A DNA stretch of 52,940 nucleotides from the NCBI GenBank assembly GCA_051453625.1, contig JBOZIK010000001.1, forward strand, positions 10,546,550-10,599,489. Direction: 5' to 3'. The notes below the pieces were generated by a model. That model searched no databases, was not told where the DNA came from, and saw only the letters and a list, made by a program, of their open reading frames with translations. This document shows positions 1 to 12,629 of the stretch, piece by piece; position 1 is the stretch's first letter, and each line of letters opens with the position of its first letter. Both the position numbers and the translations under genes were made by a program. This DNA comes from Welwitschia mirabilis. Its lineage: Eukaryota.

Positions 1-2
1 TG

Positions 3-227
3 AATAACAAGTTGGCCTCTAAATGGTTAGATTCTTAACTTGTAGAGAAAGTGCACTCGAATGGATTAATTAAGATTTTAGACTTAGAGACTAGAGAAAT
101 TCATAAGTTTAATGGAGAATAATTGAAATTATATAAAGAATCTTTAGATGTAACCATGGACATAGTTAAAGCACTTGTTTTGGAAGTTTCCCTCAATGAG
201 GAGGACTTTATCTCTATCATTTTCTGA
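3..227 (+). pseudogene. Ty3/gypsy (Athila-like) integrase C-terminus (GPY/F region), degenerate, runs off the window start
   Basis: Frame 3 reads NNKLASKWLDS*LVEKVHSNGLIKILDLETREIHKFNGE*LKLY. This matches the KLxSxWxGP...G.V.......F.VNGQRLK.Y end of non-chromovirus integrases, with internal stops. Confidence 0.7.
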
Positions 228-2126
228 GTTCTTTCATAACCTACTTCTTTGATTAATATTATGATGTTACTTGATCATCTTTTAAACTTGACTTGTGTAT
301 TACTTTATGAGGTTTTATGATTAGTATTTATACTTAGGCATTTACAGTGGTAAGATTAGATTTATCCAATCTTAAAATATGCTTATGTCTATGGACTTCA
401 CTTAAAGGACAATGCCTTCATTCTTATGCTTTTCTTTCAATGGTGTTAAGATTTTTAGTTGTTTGGGAGTGTTCTTTTTTATCTTTTATCTGGTATTTAC
501 CTTTTTCTTTTTGAGTGTATAATCATGTGGTAATTTCCAAAAAAAAAAAAAAAGAAACAAAAGAAAGAGATAAAGAAATAATGACCATGATCTATTATAT
601 TTTATGCTTTAAGAAAAATATGTAGTTACTATGATGTTTTACCATAAGTGTATAATTTTTTTCAAGAGGAACCTTTGGAAATAGTTATGGAACTCCACTA
701 GGAGGTTAGTTGGCCATGCTTCATGGATCCTTACTCCTCTGACTGTGGTTGTACTTCCCTCATCATGGAAAAAGCTGTAATAAAACTTTGAGGCTATGGA
801 ATCAATGGTATTCTTAGTGTTATCAGAAGAATTTCTTATTTTCTAGACTCGTAGTATTCCCACTTGATCATTCCACTTTTGAAGATTCTAGTGTATTTGT
901 GGGATGAGAGCATGTGAGTTCATTTCTAAGTAGCTTTTAATATTGACATTCATTGTTTTAAGCACTTGAATTTTTTGGTATCACTATAACCACTGCCTTT
1001 TTGAGTAAAACTTTATGACGTTTATACATTTTGTCAATCATATTTACTCAAGTGACTTTGTCATGTCATCCTTGGGAGTTTGCTAGATTAGAACTTAGGA
1101 CAGGTAAGTAATCTTCTCTTTGTTCCTTGTGTTCATTTTCATTCTATATTTCTTTGGTTTTTGAGTTTGGGATTTTAAATTCATTTATGCATTNNNNNNN
1201 NNNNNNNNNNNNNNNNNNNNNNNNNNNNNNNNNNNNNNNNNNNNNNNNNNNNNNNNNNNNNNNNNNNNNNNNNNNNNNNNNNNNNNNNNNNNNATTTTAA
1301 ATTCATTTATGCATTTTTTCATTCTTCAATGGGATCTTAATCATTTAGTAGGTTTCTTGCTGTTCTTTTATGTTATATCATTTTTGGTAAGCATTTGAAA
1401 ATCAAAAGAATATCTTTTTTTCATTTCATAACTTTTATGAATTTTCTTATAGCTTATGGAGTTTTGAGTTTATCTTGATTTTTGTTTCTATTCAATCATA
1501 TTGATTTAACTTTTAATGTTAGGTTCTCATCCTGGATAGTCTATTTTCTTTAGCCATAGTTCTCTTTTCTTGTGAGTTTGTCCTTTTTCTCTTGATTTTC
1601 ATGGTTTTCTTTCTTATTTTCTGTTTTTTTAACTTTTTCTATTAAATTTTGATACTTAAATAATCATATTTGAGCCTCATTTTATTGGTTGACATCTTTC
1701 TTTCTAAAAAATTTTTGAATTCCCTATTGCTCACTTGCTCGTCTAAACGACATTAACACGACTAGACGACAATGCGATATAACCATGATTTAAACCCTTT
1801 TTCCTTCTTTTTTGTTTTCCTCATTTCTTTATCATTTTTGGTTGTTCCTTTAAGAGACGATAACCACTCTAGCTTGTACCACCTTCTGGAACTTGTTTTA
1901 CTTGATTTCGTGTCCAGATTTGGGAGATTTCACTAAATCTTCAAAAATAAGGTATGTTTCTCTCTCCTCTAGTTTTTTAATTTTTTCTCCTGTTTTTTAG
2001 CTTTTTGATGCATAGTTTTCATGTATATCACTTAGTTTTTCACACTCTTTCATTTGGGACTTACATATTTGAATTTCACCATGTATTTTCGAGTTATGGG
2101 TATTGTGCGTTTTATGAGGTATTCTA

Positions 2127-2412
2127 AAATTTCTATCTTTCACACTCATTTTCTTGCAAACCATAAGTTAAAATGTAACAATCCTATAGGCATAATTAAT
2201 CAGTTAGATGCATTCTAAAATTCTACTAGATTAGATTTTTTATTTGAGCACTTTGAATTTTCNNNNNNNNNNAATTTCCATTTTTTACACTCATTTTCTC
2301 ATAAATCATAGGTTAAAACATAGTGGTCCTCTAGGAGGCATTGATTATTTCAACATGTTCTATGCTTCTACTATATTAGATTTTTTTTATTTGAGCACTT
2401 TGAATTTTCACT
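2127..2412. repeat. Degenerate ~140-bp direct repeat, 2 copies, in a retroelement 3' non-coding region
   Basis: acactcattttct...cata(a/g)gttaaaa...ttctacta(g/t)attagattttttatttgagcactttgaattttc occurs on either side of the 10-N gap at 2263-2272. Confidence 0.55.
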
Positions 2413-2744
2413 ACATGTGGGCCCACTTAAAACATAGCTTTTCGATTTTTCATGTATTTATCACTTTTTTTCTTATGTTTAGGAAATTTGGGATGCATTA
2501 CAACTTTTAGGAGGGAATAAGACATATTTTTTTTGTATTTTTTATAGTTTTTATCGATTCCAGAGCTCGTTATTGCACATCCATGCGATGTTTCCAACAT
2601 GTTTTCCTATTTTTGCATGATGTTTTTTGTGTTTTTGAATAAGTNNNNNNNNNNNNNNNNNNNNNNNNNNNNNNNNNNNNNNNNNNNNNNNNNNNNNNNN
2701 NNNNNNNNNNNNNNNNNNNNNNNNNNNNNNNNNNNNNNNNNNNN

Positions 2745-3600
2745 TAGCTACTGGATGGACCTCCTCCCTTCAAGCTTTTATCACAATCATATCAAGTATA
2801 AAATATGATTGTAATTAAAGGAGGGAAGGGGTATTTATAGTTGTACAATGAACTGTAATCCTAGACATCCATTAAGAAAACCCTAGCTGCTCACATGGGT
2901 CACTTGACCCCATTTATAATAGTATTTATTATGGATATATAAAATTAGCTGTTGTCCTATTCATCATCCACACGACAGTGGGGAGGATGCCCACACCATC
3001 TTCTTGTCTTGGGTTGTGTACCCGTATGATATTATTAGCCTTGTGAGTTGTGATCGCATCTTATCCATATGGTCATCCTGTCTATCCTCCAGACAACATG
3101 GTGGATGATGCTCTGTCATCATGTGCTACTGTCGATGCCTCAGCCTTTGTCCACATAATAAGCTATCATCCCCTCTATCATGGGGATGATAATGGGGATG
3201 ACACTCTTCCCAAGCTCCTCAAGCAGTGTAAATTGGTATTCTTCATCTTTAGTTCTTCTTCAATATGCTAAGTATTAAATTATGCCTAAAATACCTCTAA
3301 TTATCTAAGAATTATATGTTTTCATAATCATCTTGTTATCTCTTCGTAATCAGTAGAATTTCATCTAAACCTGTATAAATGTCCTGCAAAAGTACTCCAA
3401 ATACACCACTAAATTCCTACAAATTGGCATTGCAACACTACATGTTAAACCTGAAGACTTACCAGTGATGCCAAAGTTGCTAGGACTTGAGAGAAAATAC
3501 ATGGAAATGGGACATAAAAAACACACTACATTCAGAATTGTAAGTTTTCTACACATGTGTAGCCACAAGAACAAGGCACAAATTTAATTTTAAAGTTCAA
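2745..3600 (-). mobile_element. LTR fragment of a gypsy-type element (boundaries approximate)
   Basis: There is a reverse-strand TATA-like ctataaatacccc at ~2828-2840 and TCATCC..GGATGA hairpin motifs at 2960-3205. The reverse complement of 3380-3460 aligns by eye with 5935-6015. Confidence 0.45.
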
Positions 3601-4624
3601 ACTTGAATGATGCGAAAGATGGAAACTATAAGATAGGAAGTGGTCAGACATGCCTAAGTTGGTATGACCAAATCTAGGCACCTATTTGTATCTGTAATAA
3701 ATAAATAAGAAAGTCTTCTTTCATAAATAACTATTTCTAAGCTAAGATGCATTTATAGCTAATGCTATAACTAGGAGATATAGGATAACAAGAGGAGCAT
3801 CACTCACAACAAGTTTTACTAAGATTGAATTGGAAATTCTTTTACAACATTAAGCATGATTTTTTTAAAAGGAAAACTCAATAATATGTGATATGACAGC
3901 TTTAAAAAATAATAGATAATTATGCTATAAAAAACAAATACTAAATGAATCTTTTAAACCTAACAAGATTTTTAAGTCATTCTAATTTCTTCCAAAATTA
4001 CAATTTTTGCTACTGTAGAAAAGAGTAGGATTGAATATTTCTATTTGAAAAGAGACTAAGAGTACTCATACTTTTATCTGAGACATATAAAGGAGAAGTT
4101 ACAAAGGAAACATAATGCATGAAGTAATTACATCAATGATTTTGTTTTAATTCTAAAATTATATATAGTTATATTGTTTTTTTAATTATATTTTCCATTT
4201 GTGTGTCTTAATAATATTTTCTATATTATATACTCTATTTGAAATGAAATATGTAGAGTATTTCCTTATTTTAAGAAAATTTTGATAATATATTATGCAT
4301 CAGTAATGTTGTTATAGCAACATGGATTGTGCACATGTGCAAAGAAAACAAAGCTTGAAAGTTTTTTCAAAAATGTTATTTCTTAAGAGAAGGTAATGGG
4401 AAAGAATCAGGGTTTAGATTTTATAATATGATTAAATATGTTCAATTGCATAGAACCTTAAGAACAAAATTAGTGTAGTTGCAATATTCTAGTATAACTA
4501 AAATGGAACTGATATTGTGTATATGGAGCAAAACTAATTCCCTTTTCATGCCAAAGATCCCTAAATCATGAAATCCATTGATCATAATGGATTTATTATT
4601 ATTATCATTATTATTTAGCTAGTG

Positions 4625-4868
4625 ACATCTTTTGAGGAGTTTATTTGATAAAACATCTTAAAATACCTTTTGAGGCATTTCTTTGAAAAAATGCCTCATA
4701 AGTCCATTTAAGGCATTTCCTTAAAAAGTGCCACAAAAGGACTTTTAAGGCGTTTTTATTAAAATGCCTTAGAAATGACATTTTTGAAGTGTTTTGTAAA
4801 GAAATGCCTTAAAATCTTTTAAGGCATTTTTTAAGACTTTTTAAAAGCCTATATTTCTTTTAGTAGTA
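4625..4868. mobile_element. CACTA (En/Spm) DNA transposon terminus with subterminal repeats
   Basis: Multiple head-to-head AAATGCCTT / AAGGCATTT motifs end in tttcttttagtagta at 4868. That is the TAGTAGTG (reverse CACTACTA) terminal repeat with a final G>A change. Confidence 0.55.
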
Positions 4869-5789
4869 AAGGCACAACAGCTTTAAACACTTAGTTATCC
4901 ATGCCTTCTTTGAGCACTCTTTAAACAATTTGGGATACTAAAGCCCATAGGCTAGTAGCACCTATCTCATATACAAACTTTAGCTTACTATTTATAGGAC
5001 ATGGAGATATAGGTTTGAAAAGAAGCAAAGAGAATACAGACCTGTGATTAGAGCATTACTTGAGTAGATTCAGGCTCTATTACTTGAGACCATCGAGACT
5101 ATTAGATGTTTTATTAGCATAGGTATCTAATCACTTAAGCAAATGATTCAGGATCATGATCATAGATAGTAAAAATTTCAAAATAGGATCTTATCTATTA
5201 AGAGGAGAGTCTAGCACTCTAGGATTACATTGTTAACATGTGTCAGCATGTCATTTCCATTCAGCAGAGTATGATAGCAGATATTCCTAAGGCAGTATGT
5301 GTTTAGGGTGATAAGACGGTCAGATTTATCTTTATATTTTTATACCTCCATTTTCCCATAGACCCAGAGCATTCTCCCTCTTCTCCCCCTGCTCCTAAGC
5401 CATCTACTAAACTAGAGTTTATCATGCATCAACAAGGGGAGTAATTCTATAATAATATTTTGTATCTTCTTTTCTATGCACTTTGTACTAAAAAATCTCT
5501 TTGATTTTATAGATACATTATTTTTCTAGCATGGTTTACTAATTTGTACCTAATTTTTTATGACTATCTTTAATTTTTTACATGTTATGATGAGGGTTAA
5601 TTTTACTTGAGCATTATTTCTATTCCATTAATATTTGATTCAGTGGAGGGTTATCTTATTACATTTATTGATTATCTATAAAAATAAAAATTCTATCATA
5701 GATTCCTAATTTTAAAAACTATTTTTGAGACTATCATCCATTCAACTTCTAGACGATGACCTAGACAACTGATTGGCTAGTCTTCAGAG

Positions 5790-7042
5790 TAGGTGAAGTG
5801 TTTAGTTTTAAATTTGTCTTGTATTTCTAAAATTTTTGAAAATATTTCTAAGATGATTTCCATATGTGCCTCAGTTGTTTTTCTTGTTAAATAAGTTATC
5901 TTGTAAATGCAGTTTACTACTTGGTTTTACTAGGAACTGATAAGGCTAAATGGAGGACTATATTGCGTTGCTAACTTATGCATATTTAATAGCGTATTTT
6001 GAGTGGTTTTACAAGTTAATAGATAGGTAAATGCTTAATTTCCATAATAATGATATCTTAGATAAAAGAGATGAAAACATGCAATCTCCATAATGATTTA
6101 TAACATTTAGATCAATTCTTAATACTTTACATTTCTAATATAACTTCCTACAAAACATTGAGGCTAATGCACTAATGAAAGATTTATAAAAGACCATCGT
6201 CCACCTCATTGTCTTAATGACTGGATGGATGATCGAGTAATTCATGCCAATAAGAATGCTAACTATAATCAATCTGGCAGCTAATATGGATTATTTATGA
6301 GATGGTATCATCTCCTCTAGATAACACTATTGTAACATCTGCACTGAATACTCACCTAATTTCTGCCAACTATCTATATGTTTCTCTTAGCGTGGCTGTT
6401 ATAGTTTTACCTACACCTCTCTATCTATCTTTTTGTATGTTTGTGTATTAATAAATATTGATCTTGCCTTCGAATTTTGCTTATCTTTGTTTACACTAGG
6501 AATTCTCGTGACACAAGATTAAAGGGCCATAGATCCATCCTTGTAGTTGCAGAGAGACATCTTTCTTGGTGTTGGGTGGTGCTTCCTCCAGTGAGGTGTG
6601 GCTACTTTATAACACAGATGTTATTCAAGACTTAACATAAAATGCTTTTTTTCCTTGTTTAATGCATGTTTATTCCTCTCTCTCATAGCTTATGTTGCTT
6701 TTGATCCAATGACAGTTGCTTTAGTGATATAGGTTACGAGGGTAACCTTTGTCAAGGTTGTGTATGATTACTTTAGGTTAGATGCATTGTTGTTTCGTTT
6801 TCCTAGATTATTTTTGCATAAGTATATTACATTATACTTTTCATGCTTTGCAAAGTTATTTCTGTAGTTAGAGTACAAAGTGTTCCCTTGTGAAATCAAC
6901 TCTCTTATTCCTATTTTGGCTTTTGACAAATTACGACCTTCAAGTCACCTTGTCTATATTAGTGTGTTTTGTTTATTTATTATATTTGTGATTGATAGGA
7001 TTCAACTAAAATAGGAATGTAATGTTCCATAAATATGCATCA
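5790..7042 (+). mobile_element. LTR (left boundary uncertain) whose right end interrupts the RT of the neighbouring Athila-like element
   Basis: It ends in ...gcatca at 7042, exactly where the minus-strand RT reading frame stops. It is similar to the 2745-3600 LTR fragment and contains catc(g/a)tcc...ggatga motifs. Confidence 0.45.
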
Positions 7043-7375
7043 CAACAATCCTTGCATCTTTAAGTTTAATGATTTATTCCTTTACTAGTTGGTTTATAAC
7101 AAGGTTAATTCTCCTTTATGGTTATCTAATGGGTTTAGTATTATCTTCTAAATAAATTTTATATTGAACAATGAAATAAGAAATGGCTAAAAAAGTTTTA
7201 TAAGTTCAAATAAAAGCATGTATTTAGAATTAATAAGTTGAAGTAGTGATTCTTCTTGAGAAGGATGCAGACACGCATTAATGATTAAGGGTTTGTAAAG
7301 GTTATTATTTAAAAAGATGTACTTCAACCCATTTGGTAGTTCTTGAAGTTCCAAATTAGAATTATCCCTTATTAT
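7043..7375 (-). pseudogene. PR-RT linker and N-terminal start of reverse transcriptase, truncated
   Basis: Manual translation gives LELQELPNGLKYIFL...PLIINACL...QEESLL and KIYLEDNTKPIR*P*RRIN...VKE*IIKLKDARI. These are typical of Athila/Tat pol. Confidence 0.7.
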
Positions 7376-7703
7376 TAATGTAATCCTATATTAATGTAGA
7401 AGGTTTTATATGGATTTAATATGTTGAATATTATAATTAATGAGGGATTCAAAGTTGTTATTATTTTTTCATTTAACTCATTGCTTATAAGGTTGCTATT
7501 GAAATTACATGGATTAGAGGAATGAAGGCTTCTTAGTATTATTTTTTTTTTTTTTAACATTCTTCAAGATTATCAAATAAAGTTAAGTTGTATAAAGTAA
7601 GGAGCCTTTATTCTAAGGGATGATGTTAAATAAGCATGAAGGATCTGATTTACTACTCCTGATTAGAATCTTTTCCCATATATTTTTTAATGACATTAAA
7701 GAC

Positions 7704-8075
7704 TCAAATAATGAATTTCTTATTCCCTACATGGCATGCCATCCTTCCAGTACGTGTGTCAATAATGCAATGGGCTATTACATAGAAGGCTTTTCTTAAG
7801 AGTAAAGGGTATTCTCCATTGTATTCTACCTTAATGATGACCACATCTATAGGGTAAAAGACTTTTTCAATTTGTATGACCATATCCTTAATAACTCCAA
7901 TTGGTTTTCTAATGATTGTTGATTTAGTGATATTTTCCAATCCAATTTTTTTACAAATGTAAAATAACATAATGTTAACACTAGCTCTTATATCTATTAA
8001 TGCTTTCTTGATCTTTTTTCTCCCTTCTAAGATAACAGCAACTATGGTAGCCCTTGGATCTTTTAATTTTGAACA
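7704..8075 (-). pseudogene. Retrotransposon aspartic protease (retropepsin), degenerate
   Basis: KCSKLKDPRATIVAVILEGRKKIKKALIDIRASVNIM runs into ORF 7704..7970 (PIGVIKDMVIQIEKVFYPIDVVII...PLLLRKAF...IIDTRTG). Confidence 0.8.
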
Positions 8076-8957
8076 TTTTTATGTCACTCAGTTAGAAGAG
8101 GATTGAGCTATGTACACTCTACTTGATATGGTTCTTTTTTTTTTAAATTAATTCCTTCTACATTTTGTTGTATTTATGACTATCTTGTAATATTTTTCAA
8201 AAAGGAAGGTTAATAATTACATCTTGCATAATTGCCTTAAGATAGTCATCGTAGATAGGATTAGTCTTTAATATTTCTATCCAAGGCATTATAGATTTAT
8301 TTCATGCATTTTTATTGGTTGTGTTATGATTGGATTTTTCTCTAAGAGATGAAGGAAAACTAGATTGATCAAGAATTTCTATGACATCATCATAGGTTTG
8401 ATTTTCTTAGTTATAAGAAGTGGGGACTTTCCCATTAGAAGTTGTATCATGTCCACTTTTTGTCACTATCTTTTAATCCTAAAAAACATTATTTGCATTA
8501 AAAGTTATTTAGGTTGCAAGGAAGCATTTAGGTCTTTAATTTTTTAAGATGGTTTGCTGAAAAATACCTATAAGTTTTTCCATATTCTTGTTAGTAGCCT
8601 CTTGCATTTTTTTCCTACTCCTTAATTAAATCTCTAAGGAAATCATTTTTAGTATAGTTGAGAGAATTGCAAAGCTAAAAGTTATTAGACTAAAAGTTGT
8701 TGGTTAAATGTTGTGATGCTAAAAGTTATTGAACTGAATGTTGTTGCTCCTATATCTAATAGTAAAAGAGGATTTAAAGGCCTGTTGTGATTCATTATTT
8801 TATGGCTGAACTTGTTTATTATTTCTAGGTTTATTTATGGGTCATTTCTCTATATATTGGTAAGGCAGGATAATCTTTGATGTAATGGAAGTTGTCTTCA
8901 CATATTTCATAATAAGACTAAGGTGTTAAAGGTTTAGATTATTGATTTAACATTTTT

Positions 8958-9825
8958 NNNNNNNNNNNNNNNNNNNNNNNNNNNNNNNNNNNNNNNNNNN
9001 NNNNNNNNNNNNNNNNNNNNNNNNNNNNNNNNNNNNNNNNNNNNNNNNNNNNNNNNNNNNNNNNNNNNNNNNNNNNNNNNNNNNNNNNNNNNNNNNNNNN
9101 NNNNNNNNNNNNNNNNNNNNNNNNNNNNNNNNNNNNNNNNNNNNNNNNNNNNNNNNNNNNNNNNNNNNNNNNNNNNNNNNNNNNNNNNNNNNNNNNNNNN
9201 NNNNNNNNNNNNNNNNNNNNNNNNNNNNNNNNNNNNNNNNNNNNNNNNNNNNNNNNNNNNNNNNNNNNNNNNNNNNNNNNNNNNNNNNNNNNNNNNNNNN
9301 NNNNNNNNNNNNNNNNNNNNNNNNNNNNNNNNNNNNNNNNNNNNNNNNNNNNNNNNNNNNNNNNNNNNNNNNNNNNNNNNNNNNNNNNNNNNNNNNNNNN
9401 NNNNNNNNNNNNNNNNNNNNNNNNNNNNNNNNNNNNNNNNNNNNNNNNNNNNNNNNNNNNNNNNNNNNNNNNNNNNNNNNNNNNNNNNNNNNNNNNNNNN
9501 NNNNNNNNNNNNNNNNNNNNNNNNNNNNNNNNNNNNNNNNNNNNNNNNNNNNNNNNNNNNNNNNNNNNNNNNNNNNNNNNNNNNNNNNNNNNNNNNNNNN
9601 NNNNNNNNNNNNNNNNNNNNNNNNNNNNNNNNNNNNNNNNNNNNNNNNNNNNNNNNNNNNNNNNNNNNNNNNNNNNNNNNNNNNNNNNNNNNNNNNNNNN
9701 NNNNNNNNNNNNNNNNNNNNNNNNNNNNNNNNNNNNNNNNNNNNNNNNNNNNNNNNNNNNNNNNNNNNNNNNNNNNNNNNNNNNNNNNNNNNNNNNNNNN
9801 NNNNNNNNNNNNNNNNNNNNNNNNA
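8958..9825. other. Assembly gap (others at 1194-1293, 2263-2272, 2645-2744, 26258-26848, 35008-35107, 35351-35360, 50276-50375, 52351-52371)
   Basis: Runs of N. Confidence 1.
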
Positions 9826-10260
9826 ATCTACTAGTTTCTTGGTTTGGCTATTTAATTTGCTATAGAAGTTATTAACAAGTTCTTCTCTTGAAATTTCATC
9901 TAAAGGATGATATGAGGCAGTAATTAGAAATCTTTCATAAGTTGTAGCATAATTCTTATAAGGATGTTATGCAGATTAATAACTTCTATTCTTCTTTTTC
10001 TCATGGTTGTTTCACTTATGAATCTTTTTATGAGGGTATCTTAAACTTGGTTCTAAGTCTTAAGGATTTATGTGGTATAGTTTTCAACCAATCTTTAGCC
10101 TTTCTATAAGGGTGAAATGGAAAATGATCATGTAATCCCATCAATTATCTTCTTTTCTAATTTCCTAAGGAAAGAATGAATTATTATATTTCATATAACT
10201 ATTGAAAAGGGCCTTCTTCATCATCTCCTAAGAAGGTAGAATAGGCTTGTAAGTTTTGAA
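9826..10260 (-). pseudogene. Retrotransposon gag, degenerate
   Basis: TFLGDDEEGP and FTLIEKAKDWLKTIPHKSL...NQV*DTLIKRF are homologous to the gag at 50990-51560. Confidence 0.7.
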
Positions 10261-10930
10261 GTTCAACATCATCTCTAGTAGATAGGTCAAAATAGTTTTG
10301 AATCTCTATTTTTCTTTGAGCTATTCTATTCTTAAGAGTTAATGAGATAGAAGTTAAAGCAAAAGCTAATATGTTTAAAGGTTTATAAGGAAAAAATAAT
10401 TGAGAGGTAGGTTCTTTAAGGGGGTTTAGAGAGGAAGAAGGATTATAAAAAAATTACTTTCAAAAATAGGTAAATTACTTTTAGAAATATAAAAATCTAA
10501 ATAATCATCTTACTCTATTTTAGATTGAAATGGAACTTTCTCACCTCTAGTTCTTGAATTAAAATCCACTAACCCTTCTTGAATTTCTTTGCTAACAATT
10601 TGCTTTTCTTATGGTGTTTTTTTATGTTACTATTCCCTTACTTTTTATAAAATGTTAAAACAAATTTCTTTACATCCAAGTAGGAAACACTATTCTAGAT
10701 TACACAAAGTGCAAGAAGGATGATATACCAACAATGGATGTGGCGCTTACTTAGATTATATGAAGTAAAACTAATAGAAATTAAAAATCAAGCTAAACTA
10801 AGATAGTAAAAGTACATGCTAATCTAAGAAAAGAAAAAATTGTATGTGCACACTACGCAAGTAAACATTATTAAAATCAATTTAATTACATAAGTAGGAA
10901 AAATCAACATTCCAAACTTCCTTGAATTCC

Positions 10931-10948
10931 TTCCCAGCAATGGTGTCA
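10931..10948 (-). promoter_or_regulatory. Primer-binding site (tRNA-Asp type, Athila-like), deaminated
   Basis: The minus strand reads tgacaccattgctgggaa versus the Athila consensus tggcgccgttgccgggga. All differences are G>A or C>T transitions. Confidence 0.7.
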
Positions 10949-10954
10949 ATTTAT

Positions 10955-12467
10955 TGGGGTATGTATAATTTGCTTCTTTTCTTCAATTAATCATCGTCAT
11001 GGTCATCTACAATCTTAATTACCCAATCCACACAAACACACACTAGTATAGGGGATTAATCCAATGTTGTGCCTAAAGAGGAATTTGAAAGTACATTTGT
11101 AAAACTACTTTATTCAAAAAGAAATTAAAATGATTTTCTATTCTAATTGAATGACAATGCCATGATGGATAAAATGTTAATACAAGAATGATATGTAAGC
11201 CTAAATGCAATCACTAATCAGGTTTACCAACTTGTTGTCACCTAAGTTGACCCTCATACATTATATTAAAATCAAAATTAACACTTATCTAATTAACTTG
11301 ATTTTGACATAACATATAAAGAATATAAAAGACAAATTAAAAAAACAAAATGGTCTTTTATTAATCACAATGTTCTTACATCCACTTAGAAGTAGTTACT
11401 CGTCAGGGGAGAAAACACAACTCAACACCAAGGAAAGCTTCTCTCTTAAGCTAGATGGATTCCTTGCTTAATTAAACTTCAAATAATTACTAGAATAATT
11501 GATGCATGAAATATTTCAAATGAGGGACCCAAAGGGGGATATTTATAGTTTTGGATTAACAGTTAGAATCATCAAAGAGTAGTAGTAGATCAAGAGTAAT
11601 CATATTACTGATTTTGTAAGGGATGGAATATGTTTTATATTCATTGGAACTATTTTCTACCTAGTATCATCCAGATGATAAGGTGGATGATATGTGTTCT
11701 TCGTTTTTAATGGCTACCTATTCTCCATATGCCTTATTATGTAATAGATGAGTATCATCCATCTGATGTCATCCAGATGGTAAGGTGGATGATTCTTAGT
11801 TGTAAAATTAACATTTTTGTTTCTTTTATTTCTACTAATCATCTTGAATGTCATTCAGATGACCATGTGAATGACAGTAATTTTGAATCTCTATTTTGTT
11901 GATCATACTAAATTTTCTCTTAGTTTCTCAATCTTTATTATACGATTATTGATCTTTATTCATCCTTCATAGGTACATTAATTAATATCGGGTGTTCTTG
12001 TGAATTTAATCATGGCTTCTAAGTTTATTGACATATCCCAATATCTTTTGTAGGATTGAATTTGATGGTATATTTTATCATTCTTCAAAGCCATCTTTAA
12101 AATGTGATTTTACTTTATAAATGGTTGTCATCCTCTAAATGCCATTTGAACAACTAAGTGAATGACTATTAGCAGAACAATGATCTTTCTATTTATGTAT
12201 TTTATTCGTTGTCTTCTGAGTGTCATACAGACAACAGGATGAATGACACTTCTTTTTCATCTTGTGGCCCTCTTAATCATTGCTTCTCAATCTAAACTGG
12301 ACCCATAATGATCTAGATAGGTTAAAGAGTTCAAAAGTTTTTAGGAAAAGATTCATAATATTAGAAATTAATGCTCATGTGATCATATTAATAGATCTTC
12401 AAATTCTTTCTAATTTACTTAGAAACTTGTCAAATATACCTACAATCACACTTTAATAACACCATCA
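10955..12467 (-). repeat. 5' LTR (~1.5 kb) of the Athila-like element
   Basis: It begins TGATGG on the minus strand at 12467 and abuts the PBS. There is a minus-strand TATA-like ctataaatatcccc at ~11535-11548 and U3 hairpin repeats at 11660-12250. Confidence 0.6.
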
Positions 12468-12629
12468 AATAGGTCTAATTGATCTTACAACAATAAGAGT
12501 ATCTTAATATATTTACAATAGGGTTACTAAGAATGCAAACTTTTTAATAAGTTGGGACTTTAATTGATTTGATTCTAGGAATTCAACCAATTTCTAAGTA
12601 TCATATATAATGTTTGCTATATAAATGAG

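Larger units (their letters stand above)
7043..12467 (-). mobile_element. Athila-like Ty3/gypsy LTR retrotransposon, 5' part (LTR-PBS-gag-protease-start of RT), degenerate and truncated
   Basis: On the minus strand the order is LTR (12467-10955), tRNA-Asp-type PBS, gag (FTLIEKAKDWLKTIPHKSL), protease (KLKDP...ALIDIRASVNIM...PLLLRKAF), LELQELPNGLKYIFL linker, and RT start (IYLEDNTKPIR*P*RRIN...VKE*IIKLKDARI). Confidence 0.8.
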
